Assembly: GCA_964291395.2 (NCBI GenBank)
Contig: OZ219858.1
Coordinates: forward strand, 800,001-864,000
Origin: Alphaproteobacteria bacterium
GTDB lineage: Bacteria > Pseudomonadota > Alphaproteobacteria > UBA2966
Reading direction: 5' to 3'
Length of the DNA: 64,000 bases
The notes beneath the pieces were generated by a model. The model saw only the letters and a list, made by a program, of their open reading frames with translations. It was not told where the DNA came from and ran no database searches. Below are positions 28,850-38,198 of this stretch, in pieces. The translations under genes were made by a program, and so were the position numbers. Position 1 is the stretch's first letter. Each line of letters starts with the position of its first letter.

Positions 28850-29340
28850 GGCGGCGACAAAGAGGCGTTCCTTCGCGGCCTCGTCCGTCCCCACGGTCTC
28901 GCCATTCACGACGGATATCTCTACATCGGAGAGCCTAGTCGGATCGTCCGGGTTCCCTACGAACCCGGAGACCTCAAGACCGGCGGCAATACGGAAACGG
29001 TCGGCGGAAACCGCTCGCTCGGCAGCGGTGGCGGACACTGGACGCGGAACATCGCCTTCGCTCCGGACCATAAGACCTTCTACGTCGCGGTCGGCAGCGC
29101 CGGCAACACCAACCCGGAGGACCCGCCCCGGGTGACCGTCCAGCGCTTCGACGCCGACGGCGCCGGGCAGTCCACCTTCGCAACGGGCCTGCGCAATCCG
29201 GTCGGTATCGCCTTCCACCCGGATACGGACGAGCTCTACGTCGTGGTCAACGAGCGGGACGGGTTGGGCGACGATCTCGTACCCGACTATCTCACCCGCG
29301 TACGCGAGAGGGACTTCTTCGGCTGGCCCTACGCCTATCG
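28850..29340 (+). pseudogene. Internal fragment of a sorbosone/PQQ-dependent sugar dehydrogenase
   Basis: GHWTRNIAF, VAVGS, GLRNPVG, VNERDGLGDDLVPDYLT, FGWPYAY. No signal peptide; similarity ends just before the tRNA. Confidence 0.8.
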
Positions 29341-29374
29341 GCGGAACTGGACCCGCGCCGCGGCCCGCGGAAGC

Positions 29375-29450
29375 TGGTGGAGCCGAGGGGAATCGAACCC
29401 CTGACCTCGACATTGCGAACGTCGCGCTCTCCCAACTGAGCTACGGCCCC
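29375..29450 (-). tRNA. tRNA-Ala(CGC)
   Basis: GGGGCCGTAGCTCAGTTGGGAGAGCGCGACGTT-CGC-AATGTCGAGGTCAGGGGTTCGATTCCCCTCGGCTCCACCA; G3:U70 pair, CCA encoded. Confidence 0.97.
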
Positions 29451-29584
29451 AAACGTCGTGCTTTCGCCCGCGGTGTGGCGGGAGGCGCGGGGATAATGGG
29501 TAGGGCCCCGAATGCTGTCAAGGCGTGTGGCGAGGTGCTATAGATTATGCCGATCGCCGAGACGCAGAGGCTCGGAGCCGGGTT

Positions 29585-29878
29585 ATGTATTCGCTTCTCC
29601 AACTCATCAGCACCGTCATCACGCTTTACATATGGGCGCTCATCATCTCAGCGGTGCTGAGTTGGCTGGTCGCATTCAACGTGATCAACACCGGGAACCG
29701 ATTCGTCTACATGGTGGGCGACTTCCTGTATCGCATCACCGAACCGGCGCTGAGGCCCATCCGCAGGTTCATCCCTCTTCTGGGCGGGATCGATATCTCA
29801 CCGGTGGTGCTCATCCTCATCCTGATCTTCTTGCGCAACTTCATGTTCGAGATTTTCCTGGGCCAGGGTGGCTTCTGA
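29585..29878 (+). CDS. yggT: YggT family membrane protein
   Basis: LSWLVAFNVIN, TEPALRPIRR, GGIDISP. Confidence 0.93.
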   Translation: MYSLLQLISTVITLYIWALIISAVLSWLVAFNVINTGNRFVYMVGDFLYRITEPALRPIRRFIPLLGGIDISPVVLILILIFLRNFMFEIFLGQGGF

Positions 29879-29879
29879 G

Positions 29880-30020
29880 GCGTCGACGTCCCGCGCGGAC
29901 CGAATATTCTCGACGACCGGGGAGAGAAGCCGCCGGAAATCGATGCTGGTCGAAGGAGACTCGTCAGCCCTGTTGAGCGCGCCTCGGGGATGGGCTAAGC
30001 ACGCACTGGGAGGAGATTGA
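29880..30020 (+). pseudogene. Eroded C-terminal remnant of DUF167/YggU
   Basis: One frame reads TTGERSRRKSMLVEGDSSALL...W, like the G.TSR.K...V.G end of YggU, in the usual yggT-yggU-folD slot. Confidence 0.5.
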
Positions 30021-30021
30021 C

Positions 30022-30930
30022 ATGGCGGAGTCCGGATCGGACACGGGCACGGCCCGGATTATCGACGGCAAGGCGTTCGCCGCGGGGATTCGCGAGAAGG
30101 TGGCGCGGCGCGTCACGCACCTGAAGGCCGAGCACGGCGTAACCCCAGGCTTGGCGGTCGTGCTTGTGGGCGAGAACCCCGCGAGCCAAGTCTATACGCG
30201 CAACAAGTCGAAACAGACCGTCGAAGTGGGGATGGAGTCGTTCAAGTTCGACCTCCCGGCGGAAACGACCCAGGACGAGGTGCTCGGCAGGGTCTCCGAA
30301 CTCAACGAGGACTCCAGGGTAAACGGCATCCTCGTACAGCTACCGCTTCCCGATCAGATCGAGGAACACGCCGTCATCAACGCCATCGATCCCGCCAAGG
30401 ACGTCGACGGCTTCCACGTGATCAACACCGGACGGCTGGCGACGGGCCAGGACGCGCTCGTGCCGTGCACCCCGCTCGGCTGCCTGATGATGCTCAAGGA
30501 CGCACTGGGGGATCTGCAGGGGCGGAAGGCCCTGGTCTTGGGCCGCTCCAACATCGTCGGCAAGCCGATGGCCATGTTGCTCATCAAGGAAAGCTGCACC
30601 GTCACCGTGGCGCATTCACGAACTCAGGACCTTCCGGCGGAGGCCCGGGAAGCGGACATTCTGGTCGCCGCGGTCGGCCGTCCCCGGATGGTCAAGGGAG
30701 ACTGGATCAAACCGGGCGCCACGGTGATCGACGTCGGCATCAACCGAGTGCCGGCGGGAGAGGGAAAGGCCCGGCTTGTCGGCGACGTCGATTTCGATGA
30801 AGCGGTGAAGATCGCGGGCGCCATCACGCCGGTTCCCGGCGGGGTCGGCCCCATGACGATCGCCTGCCTCCTGCACAACACCGTGACGGCCTGCGGCCGC
30901 CAGAACGGGCTCGACGTCCCTGTCGACTAA
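30022..30930 (+). CDS. folD: Methylenetetrahydrofolate dehydrogenase/cyclohydrolase
   Basis: [40 protein letters not shown]. Confidence 0.97.
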   Translation: MAESGSDTGTARIIDGKAFAAGIREKVARRVTHLKAEHGVTPGLAVVLVGENPASQVYTRNKSKQTVEVGMESFKFDLPAETTQDEVLGRVSELNEDSRVNGILVQLPLPDQIEEHAVINAIDPAKDVDGFHVINTGRLATGQDALVPCTPLGCLMMLKDALGDLQGRKALVLGRSNIVGKPMAMLLIKESCTVTVAHSRTQDLPAEAREADILVAAVGRPRMVKGDWIKPGATVIDVGINRVPAGEGKARLVGDVDFDEAVKIAGAITPVPGGVGPMTIACLLHNTVTACGRQNGLDVPVD

Positions 30931-31048
30931 CGAATTGACAAAAAAGGAAAATTCACAGGATCGTGGTGGCGGTAGCTAGGAACGGATCATCCCGTCCTCG
31001 GCCGAACGCCCGCCGGTGACGGAAGCGGCAGGGCGCCGCACGGTCCAT

Positions 31049-31954
31049 TCAGAAGGGTCTCGACATGGACGTCTCTTCGTGATGACACAGGCGTCTGCAT
31101 ACCTCATCCAACTGCTCGAGCGTCTTGTACCCGATATTGACCGTCCCTCCCGTCTCTCCCTTGTGGCGGATGTCGACGTGAAGACCGAGAGCCTCGGAAA
31201 GATCGCGCTCCAGCGCGAGCGTGTCCGCATCCTTGTCGGCGACGCCCCGCTTCCTGCCGTTCCCCGAACCCGTTTCCTTCGCCAGGGTTTCCACCTCTCG
31301 AACCGTAAGACCCTGATTTATAATACGTTTTGCGAGTCCTTCCGGATCTTCCGTCCCCAACAAAGCTCTCGCATGCCCTGCCGACAGCTGCCCGTCTTCC
31401 ACCAACCGCTTCACCGAGTCGGGTAGGTTCAACAAGCGTACGGCGTTCGCAACATGGCTGCGACTCCTGCCGATGGCGAGGGAAACGGCCTCTTGCGTGA
31501 GTCCGAATTCTTCCATGAGGCGGCTGTACCCCTCCGCCTCCTCGATCGCGCTCAGGTCTTCGCGTTGAATGTTCTCCACGAGCGCGATCTTCAACGATTG
31601 GGCGTCATCGAGGTCCTTGACGACAACGGGTACCCGGTGCAATTGCGCCCGCTGAGCGGCACGCCAACGACGCTCCCCGGCAACGATTTCGAATTCCTCT
31701 TTCCGATCGCCCGCGCGTCGCACGAGTATCGGCTGCAGCATGCCGACTTCCTTGACGGACTCGACCAGGGTTTCCATCTCCGCCTCGTCGAACCGCCGCC
31801 TCGGCTGAAAGGCACTGGGCCGGAGCCGTTCGATCGGAACCGTCTTCGACGATCGGGTCTGATCCAGACGCGCATAGTCTTCCGCGTCGTCACCGAGAAG
31901 CGCGGATAGTCCCCGGCCCAGGCCGCGCCGCCGGCCCTGGGTTTCCTCGATCAT
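31049..31954 (-). CDS. parB: Chromosome partitioning protein ParB
   Basis: RGLGRGLSALL, AGERRWRAA, ENIQREDL, HTH; ATGA overlap with parA. Confidence 0.96.
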   Translation of the reverse strand: MIEETQGRRRGLGRGLSALLGDDAEDYARLDQTRSSKTVPIERLRPSAFQPRRRFDEAEMETLVESVKEVGMLQPILVRRAGDRKEEFEIVAGERRWRAAQRAQLHRVPVVVKDLDDAQSLKIALVENIQREDLSAIEEAEGYSRLMEEFGLTQEAVSLAIGRSRSHVANAVRLLNLPDSVKRLVEDGQLSAGHARALLGTEDPEGLAKRIINQGLTVREVETLAKETGSGNGRKRGVADKDADTLALERDLSEALGLHVDIRHKGETGGTVNIGYKTLEQLDEVCRRLCHHEETSMSRPF

Positions 31955-32775
31955 GCCGCGATGGCCCCCTCGCGCCGAAGCACCTCTCCGGCGAGGCTGA
32001 TGTAAGCCCGGCTGCCGGCGCACCGAAAATCGTAGAGAAGAGCGGGCTTTCCGTGAGACGGCGCTTCGGAGACCCGGACGTTCCTCGGAATCACCGTCTC
32101 GTACACCTTGTCACCCAACACGCTGCGAACATCCGTCGCCACCTGATCCGACAGATTGTTCCGTCGATCGAACATGGTGAGGACGACGCCCTGGATTTCC
32201 AGCCCCGGATTGAACCCGACCCGAACCCGCTCGATCGTTCGCATGAGCTGGCTCAACCCCTCGAGCGGGAAGAACTCGCATTGCAGCGGCACGAGTACGG
32301 CGTCCGCCGCGACCAGGGCATTCAACGTCAGGAGCCCGAGAGAGGGGGGACAATCGATCAGAACGTAATCATAGCCGGCAACCGTTCCGCCGACGGCATC
32401 CCGCAACCGGCGGCTGCGCCGCTCCGTATCCACGAGTTCCAATTCGGCTCCGGAGAGGTCGGCCGTCGACGGAACAATATCGAGTCCGGGGATATCGCTC
32501 GCGACCGCTGCTTCCTTCACTGTCGCCGCACCCGCCAGGACGTCATAGCTGCTCAGGAGCCGATTCCCCCGGTCGATCCCGATCCCGGTGCTCGCATTGC
32601 CCTGGGGGTCCAGGTCGATGATGAGCACTCGACGGCCCACCGCGGCAAGGGCGGTGGCCAAATTTATGACGGTCGTCGTCTTGCCGACGCCGCCCTTCTG
32701 GTTTGCCACCGCGATGACCCTGCTCTCATTCGAGCGGCGCGCATGCTCCTCCTGCCTTTCAACCCCGGTTCCCAT
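31951..32775 (-). CDS. parA: Chromosome partitioning ATPase ParA
   Basis: NQKGGVGKTT, DLDPQGNA, IDCPPSL, IPRNVRVSEAPSHG. Confidence 0.96.
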   Translation of the reverse strand: MGTGVERQEEHARRSNESRVIAVANQKGGVGKTTTVINLATALAAVGRRVLIIDLDPQGNASTGIGIDRGNRLLSSYDVLAGAATVKEAAVASDIPGLDIVPSTADLSGAELELVDTERRSRRLRDAVGGTVAGYDYVLIDCPPSLGLLTLNALVAADAVLVPLQCEFFPLEGLSQLMRTIERVRVGFNPGLEIQGVVLTMFDRRNNLSDQVATDVRSVLGDKVYETVIPRNVRVSEAPSHGKPALLYDFRCAGSRAYISLAGEVLRREGAIAA

Positions 32776-33409
32776 CCGCCAATCCTCTGATCCGCAGGAT
32801 CGCCGCGCGCGCCGCCGTACGGCTCGGCAACTCATCCACAGTGAGTTTGGTATATTTTGCGATTGTCGTCAATTCACGCCCAACATCTAGTCCTTTCGGG
32901 AAAAGGCACACCGTTTCCGTACCGCATAGCGGTGCCACCATGGCCAGTAGCCTGTCCAGTGGTGCCAGGGCTCTCGCCGTAATTACCTGTGGCGGCGGAA
33001 AGGGCCGGTCCTCCTGGCGCGATTCGCCGATCTCCTCTATTCGAGACTCCACCACCTCGGCATCCGCTTCCAGCAGCCGAACGGCCTCCCGCAGAAAGAC
33101 GCACTTCCGCGCATCCTTCTCGACGAGAAAGACCTTGCCGCAGCCGAGAGCGGCCAGTACCAAGCCCGGAAATCCCGCGCCACTGCCCACATCGACCCAG
33201 ACACGCGCGCCCGCCGGGCCCAGATCCAACAGTTGGGCGGAGTCCAGCATATGGCGGCGCCAAACGTCCCCGAGCGATCGGGAGCCGACGAGGTTCATCC
33301 TTCGTTGCCACTTGGTCAGGAGTGCCACGTACGCCTCCAGGCGCCCCAATGTTTCACGTGAAACACCGGTGTCGCTCTGAAAGGCGTCGGCGGTGTACTT
33401 CCCGGCCAC
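32759..33409 (-). CDS. rsmG: 16S rRNA m7G527 methyltransferase
   Basis: VSRET, WRRHMLDS, DVGSGAGFPG, TARALAPL, FPKG; start approximate. Confidence 0.93.
   Translation of the reverse strand: MAGKYTADAFQSDTGVSRETLGRLEAYVALLTKWQRRMNLVGSRSLGDVWRRHMLDSAQLLDLGPAGARVWVDVGSGAGFPGLVLAALGCGKVFLVEKDARKCVFLREAVRLLEADAEVVESRIEEIGESRQEDRPFPPPQVITARALAPLDRLLAMVAPLCGTETVCLFPKGLDVGRELTTIAKYTKLTVDELPSRTAARAAILRIRGLADGNRG
33350..33365. other. parS site within the rsmG 5' end
   Basis: TGTTTCACGTGAAACA, perfect consensus. Confidence 0.93.
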
Positions 33410-33426
33410 GGTCCTGCACCGTCGAC

Positions 33427-35367
33427 TCAGGCGCTCTTCAGCGACTTCCGGCCGGCCGTCTCGCCGCGGCGAATATGAATGAGAAGCAGGTTCACCGCCG
33501 CCGGCGTGACGCCCGGCACCCGGGCGGCTGCGCCGAGCGTCGTCGGTTGAACGGCCGCCAACTTCTGGCGCTGCTCGTTCGACAGGCCGTCCACCCGGTG
33601 AAAGTCGAAGTCCAGGGGAATGCGCAGTGCCTCGTCGCGCCGGAAGGCTCGGATGTCCGCATCCTGTCGAGCCAAATATCCGCGGTAATGAGCCTCGCAT
33701 TCCAGTTGTTCGGAGACATCGGCCGACATCTCCCCGAGCTCGGGCCAGATGGGCACCAGGTCGCTGACCGTCATCCGGTAGCCTCCGAGCAGATCGAACG
33801 CGCTCCGCCGCGAACCATCCCGGTTCATCGCGATCCCATGCCGGCGGGCCTCGCCCGGAGCCAACGACAGCGTTTCCAACCGCACGCGGGCCGCCTCGAG
33901 CGCTTGCGATTTGGCCTCGAACGCCGCGGCCCTCTCGGCCCCGACGAACCCCCTCTCGATTCCCAACGGCGTCAACCGCCGGTCCGCGTTGTCGGCCCGC
34001 AGGGTCAGACGGTATTCCGCCCTTGAGGTGAACATCCGGTAGGGCTCGTCCACGCCACGGGTGATCAGGTCGTCGACCAACACGCCGATATAGCCGTCGG
34101 CGCGGTCGATCGTGACGGCGTCCGCGCCGGACACCCGGCAGGCCGCGTTCAGCCCGGCCATCAGTCCCTGAGCGGCGGCCTCCTCGTAGCCGGTGGTGCC
34201 GTTGATCTGGCCCGCGAGGAACAGACGTTTCACCTTTCGGGTCTCCAGGGCCGGAGAGAGTTCTCGCGGATCGACGAAATCGTACTCGATGGCATATCCG
34301 GGCCGCACCATCTCCGCTCTTTCGAGTCCCGGAACGGTTGCCAACAGCGCCAATTGCACGTCCCTCGGAAGGGAGGTGGAAATCCCGTTGGGATAGACCG
34401 TATCGTCGTCCAATCCCTCCGGCTCGAGGAAAATCTGATGCGACCGCCGATCGACGAAGCGCACGACCTTGTCTTCGATGGAGGGGCAATACCGGGGACC
34501 CACGCTCGCGATCTGACCCGAGTACATGGGAGATCTACCCAGATTGGCGCGGATCAGCTCATGGGAGGCCTCCGTCGTCGCGGTGATGTGACAACTCACC
34601 TGGGGCGTGGTTATCTCCCCGGTCAGATAGGAGAACGGCACCGGCGGCTCGTCGCCCGGCTGCATCTCCAGTCGGGCGTAGTCGATGCTCCTGCCGTCGA
34701 GGCGCGGCGGCGTGCCCGTCTTCAGGCGCCCCCGACGAAATCCCAACCGCTGAAGCGTATGAGCCAAACCCAGAGCCGGCGCCTCGCCGACGCGCCCCGC
34801 CGGCACCTGCTCCTCGCCTACATGAATCAAGCCCCGCAGGAACGTCCCGGTCGTCAGGACCACCGCTCCCGTCCGAATCCGCCGTCCGTCGGCGAGGACG
34901 ACCCATCGCGCTTCGGAGGCCCGACCTTGGCCCTGGCCGACGATTCCGAGGTCCTCGACCGATGCCTCGGCGACGGTCAGGTTTTCGACCCTGCTCAACG
35001 CCAGCTGCATCGCCTGCCGATAGAGGGCCCGGTCCGCCTGGGCTCTAGGGCCCCGAACCGCCGGACCTTTCCGCCGGTTCAGGAGACGGAATTGTATTCC
35101 GGCGGCGTCCGCCACCCGGCCCATGAGTCCGTCCAGCGCGTCGATTTCCCGGACGAGGTGTCCTTTTCCGAGACCGCCGATCGCCGGATTGCACGACATC
35201 TCGCCGATGGTGCGCACCTCGTGGGTCACGAGCAGGGTCTCCGCGCCCATGCGCGCGGCCGCAGCCGCGGCCTCGCACCCGGCGTGGCCACCGCCGATCA
35301 CGACGACATCGAAGCCGACGCCGTCAGACAGTCGCGCGGCTTCGATCATCTCGGCCGCGTGGGACAC
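33427..35367 (-). CDS. mnmG: tRNA modification enzyme MnmG/GidA
   Basis: [44 protein letters not shown]. Confidence 0.97.
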   Translation of the reverse strand: MSHAAEMIEAARLSDGVGFDVVVIGGGHAGCEAAAAAARMGAETLLVTHEVRTIGEMSCNPAIGGLGKGHLVREIDALDGLMGRVADAAGIQFRLLNRRKGPAVRGPRAQADRALYRQAMQLALSRVENLTVAEASVEDLGIVGQGQGRASEARWVVLADGRRIRTGAVVLTTGTFLRGLIHVGEEQVPAGRVGEAPALGLAHTLQRLGFRRGRLKTGTPPRLDGRSIDYARLEMQPGDEPPVPFSYLTGEITTPQVSCHITATTEASHELIRANLGRSPMYSGQIASVGPRYCPSIEDKVVRFVDRRSHQIFLEPEGLDDDTVYPNGISTSLPRDVQLALLATVPGLERAEMVRPGYAIEYDFVDPRELSPALETRKVKRLFLAGQINGTTGYEEAAAQGLMAGLNAACRVSGADAVTIDRADGYIGVLVDDLITRGVDEPYRMFTSRAEYRLTLRADNADRRLTPLGIERGFVGAERAAAFEAKSQALEAARVRLETLSLAPGEARRHGIAMNRDGSRRSAFDLLGGYRMTVSDLVPIWPELGEMSADVSEQLECEAHYRGYLARQDADIRAFRRDEALRIPLDFDFHRVDGLSNEQRQKLAAVQPTTLGAAARVPGVTPAAVNLLLIHIRRGETAGRKSLKSA

Positions 35368-35372
35368 GGTTA

Positions 35373-35388
35373 CGTTTCACGTGAAACA
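35373..35388. other. parS site between mnmE and mnmG
   Basis: CGTTTCACGTGAAACA. Confidence 0.92.
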
Positions 35389-35418
35389 CTCCCTCGCTTC
35401 GTGTCGAACCCCAACCGA

Positions 35419-36765
35419 TCATTTCCCGATGCAGAAATCCCGAAACACGACATCCAAAAGTTCCTCGACGCCGATCTTCCCGGTGACCCGACCGAGCGTC
35501 CGCGCCGCGAGTCTCAGGTCCTCCGCCACGAGCTCAAGACGGGCGTTCGTCATTTCGCCGTTTTCCGACCCAGCCATGAACCTCCGCAGACACGCCGCGG
35601 TTTCCTCGATCGACGATCGATGGCGCTCCCGCGTGATGACCGGTGACTCGCCGCGGCCCATGCGCCGCTCGACCCTCTTTTCGAGCGCATCCAGAAAACT
35701 GTCAAGCCCCGTGCCGGCGGTCACGGACATGGGCCACACTTGGCGGTCCTCGACACGGGTTCCCGGCGCGACCTCATGCAGGTCGATCTTGTTGACGACG
35801 ACCATGGCGTCTTCGTCCAGCAGGGACCTGATCCGCGAGTCCGGCTTGATGGCCGGCGACGCTTCCACCATGACGATCCTGAGATCTGCCATCTCCGCCC
35901 GCGCCAACGCGCGCCGAATCCCTTCGCTCTCGATCTCGTCGCGGCCTTCCCGCAGGCCCGCCGTGTCCGCGACGATTACCGGAAGGCCTCCGAGGTCGAG
36001 GCGCACCTCCACCACATCCCGCGTAGTTCCAGCACGTTCCGATACGATTGCCGCGTCCCGCCGCGCCAAGGCATTCAGCAAGCTCGACTTGCCCACGTTG
36101 GGAGCGCCGGCGATGACGACGTAGAGCCCGTCGCGCAGGCGTTCGCCTCGCCGCCCATCCTCGAGGTGCGCGGTCAGTTCGCCAAGCAACTCGCCCAAGT
36201 CCTGACGGATAGAGGAGATCAAATCCTCGGGCAATTCTTCGTCCGGAAAATCGATGACAGCCTCCAAGTGCGCCAAAGCATCCCGCAAACGGACTCGCCA
36301 CGAGTCGTAAACGACACTGAGCCGCCCCTCGAGTTGACCCACGGCCTGCCGACGCTGCTCTTCCGTCTCGGCGTCGACGAGGTCGGCCACCGCTTCGGCC
36401 TGAACGAGATCCAGTTTGCCGTTGAGGAACGCGCGACGCGTGAACTCTCCCGGCTCCGCGATGCGGACGCCCTGCCGGGCACACAACGCGCTCAGCACGA
36501 CGGACACCACTGCCGCGCCGCCGTGGACATGCAACTCAGCGACATCTTCCCCGGTATAGCTGGCCGGCGCCGGAAACCACAGGATCAAGCCATCATCGAG
36601 CACCTGTCCGCTCCGCGGATCCCGCAGCGCCGCACGAGCCGCCACGCGAGGCGCCGGTATCACGCCGGCCATCTGTTCCAACAGGCTTCCGGCGGCCGGT
36701 CCGGAGATTCGAATGACGGCGACCCCCGCCCGGCCGCGACCACTCGCGAGCGCGACAATCGTCAT
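35419..36765 (-). CDS. mnmE: tRNA modification GTPase MnmE/TrmE
   Basis: SYTGEDVAE, GAPNVGKSS, GTTRD, DTAG, NKID, FCIGK. Confidence 0.97.
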   Translation of the reverse strand: MTIVALASGRGRAGVAVIRISGPAAGSLLEQMAGVIPAPRVAARAALRDPRSGQVLDDGLILWFPAPASYTGEDVAELHVHGGAAVVSVVLSALCARQGVRIAEPGEFTRRAFLNGKLDLVQAEAVADLVDAETEEQRRQAVGQLEGRLSVVYDSWRVRLRDALAHLEAVIDFPDEELPEDLISSIRQDLGELLGELTAHLEDGRRGERLRDGLYVVIAGAPNVGKSSLLNALARRDAAIVSERAGTTRDVVEVRLDLGGLPVIVADTAGLREGRDEIESEGIRRALARAEMADLRIVMVEASPAIKPDSRIRSLLDEDAMVVVNKIDLHEVAPGTRVEDRQVWPMSVTAGTGLDSFLDALEKRVERRMGRGESPVITRERHRSSIEETAACLRRFMAGSENGEMTNARLELVAEDLRLAARTLGRVTGKIGVEELLDVVFRDFCIGK

Positions 36766-36883
36766 GGCAGGAAGGTGGCAGGCAACCCCCATTCGCACAA
36801 GCGGACCAATTCCCATTCCGCGTTTCTCAAGCTACATTCGCGGGTCGACGCCAGCACACCCATTGACTGGATGGCCTCTTTTT

Positions 36884-36930
36884 ACACAATATTTAGTATA
36901 AAAATTATTCATATATACTATATATTGTAG
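36884..36930. promoter_or_regulatory. Tandem NrdR-box pair
   Basis: ACACAATATTTAGTAT (36884-36899) and ATACTATATATTGTAG (36915-36930) versus consensus acaCwAtATaTwGtgt, 31 bp apart start to start. Confidence 0.7.
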
Positions 36931-36944
36931 TCAACACTGGAGAC

Positions 36945-37538
36945 GTGATGCCGATACCGGATACCCGGCAATCCACCCCGCCCATCGCGCAATCACGCGA
37001 CCGCCTGATCCAGATCGTGTCCGAAAGATCACTGCTCCGGGACACGAACGTCAAACTCGCCTCCGGGGCCAGCAGCGCGTTCTATTTCGACATGAAACGC
37101 ACCGCCTTCCACCCGGAGGGCGCGAACCTGATGGCCCAGCTCATCCTCCATGAGCTCGCGGACGTCGACGTCGATTACGTAGGCGGCCTCGAGATGGGCG
37201 CCGTACCGCTCGTCGCCAGCGTGATCCAGCAGAGTTTTCCCCACCGCCCGCTCGGCGGATTTTTCGTCCGCAAGCAACCGAAGGACCATGGCACGCGCCG
37301 CCTCATCGAGGGACTGGGTCGGGAGGACTCCCTCGCCGGCAAGACAGTTGTGTTGCTCGAAGACGTCACGACCACCGGGAGCTCGGTGCTCAATGCGGTG
37401 TCTGCCGTGCGCGCCGAAAGCGCGTCCGTGCCTTCGGTCGTCACCGTCCTCGATCGCCTAGAAGGAGCCTCGGACAATCTGAAGAGAGAAAACGTCGCCC
37501 TGCGAGCCGTCCTGACGTCCCGGGATTTCGAGCTGTAG
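36945..37538 (+). CDS. pyrE: Orotate phosphoribosyltransferase
   Basis: LASGASSAFYFD, GGLEMGAVP, FVRKQPKDHG, LLEDVTTTG. Confidence 0.93.
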   Translation: MMPIPDTRQSTPPIAQSRDRLIQIVSERSLLRDTNVKLASGASSAFYFDMKRTAFHPEGANLMAQLILHELADVDVDYVGGLEMGAVPLVASVIQQSFPHRPLGGFFVRKQPKDHGTRRLIEGLGREDSLAGKTVVLLEDVTTTGSSVLNAVSAVRAESASVPSVVTVLDRLEGASDNLKRENVALRAVLTSRDFEL

Positions 37539-37567
37539 AGCGGTTCCGGCAATACCGGAACCGCTCA
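37538..37567. terminator. Hairpin between convergent pyrE and ferredoxin genes
   Basis: GAGCGGTTCCGG-CAATA-CCGGAACCGCTC, perfect 12-bp stem. Confidence 0.7.
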
Positions 37568-37581
37568 AGAATTCCTCACCG

Positions 37582-37947
37582 CTACCCTTCCGGCTTTCCA
37601 CGCTCCAACTGACCCGGCCGCAGTTGGAGTCGTTCGACGCGCCCCCCTTCGATCAGATGGGTCCGCAACACCTCATCGATCTCTTCTTCGCTCGTACAGC
37701 TGTACCAGACGCCCTCTGGATAAATAACCATGGTCGGGCCCAACTCGCATCGGTCGAGACAACCCGAATTATTGATGCGCACGCGCTTGATACCGAGCTC
37801 CTTCGCCCGATCCTTCATGTAGTTGCGCAACTCCTGAGCACCCTTCGCCTTGCAACACCCTCGCGGATGATCCTCTGCCCGCTCGTTGACGCAACAGAAC
37901 ACGTGACGCTGATAAAACAGGGGTGGATCGCCATTCACATCGTTCAT
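37582..37947 (-). CDS. Thioredoxin-like [2Fe-2S] ferredoxin
   Basis: HVFCC...RGCC...SGCLDRCELGP..VIYPEGVWY. Confidence 0.92.
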   Translation of the reverse strand: MNDVNGDPPLFYQRHVFCCVNERAEDHPRGCCKAKGAQELRNYMKDRAKELGIKRVRINNSGCLDRCELGPTMVIYPEGVWYSCTSEEEIDEVLRTHLIEGGRVERLQLRPGQLERGKPEG

Positions 37948-38198
37948 CCGGTTCCGAACCTCGTCCTCACTACCGCCCTCGCGGGCCGTCGCAGATTATG
38001 AGCCCGCACCGCATTGCGCCAGCCAGAAACACCATACCGCCACTGGCGCGCGGACGATATCGCCGTGTATCCTGTGTCGCGGATACGCGGGCTTACCACG
38101 GGACCCGGAAAAGTAGGTCAGCCACGACTCGAGCGCAATGCGTCCCCTTCTCTTGAGCCGTCTCCTCCCACCGCCATAAACCTCATAAGGGAACGCGC

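Noticed and set aside
33350-33365. parS embedded in coding sequence (VSRET)
   Set aside because: Real but well known for alphaproteobacterial rsmG, so listed only as a feature.
32759-34489. 576-aa RsmG ORF
   Set aside because: The extension overlaps mnmG in another frame, an artefact of high GC.
36878-36932. AT island as the replication origin
   Set aside because: It is short, lacks DnaA boxes and is better explained by NrdR boxes; the hemE-ppsR spacer fits oriC better.
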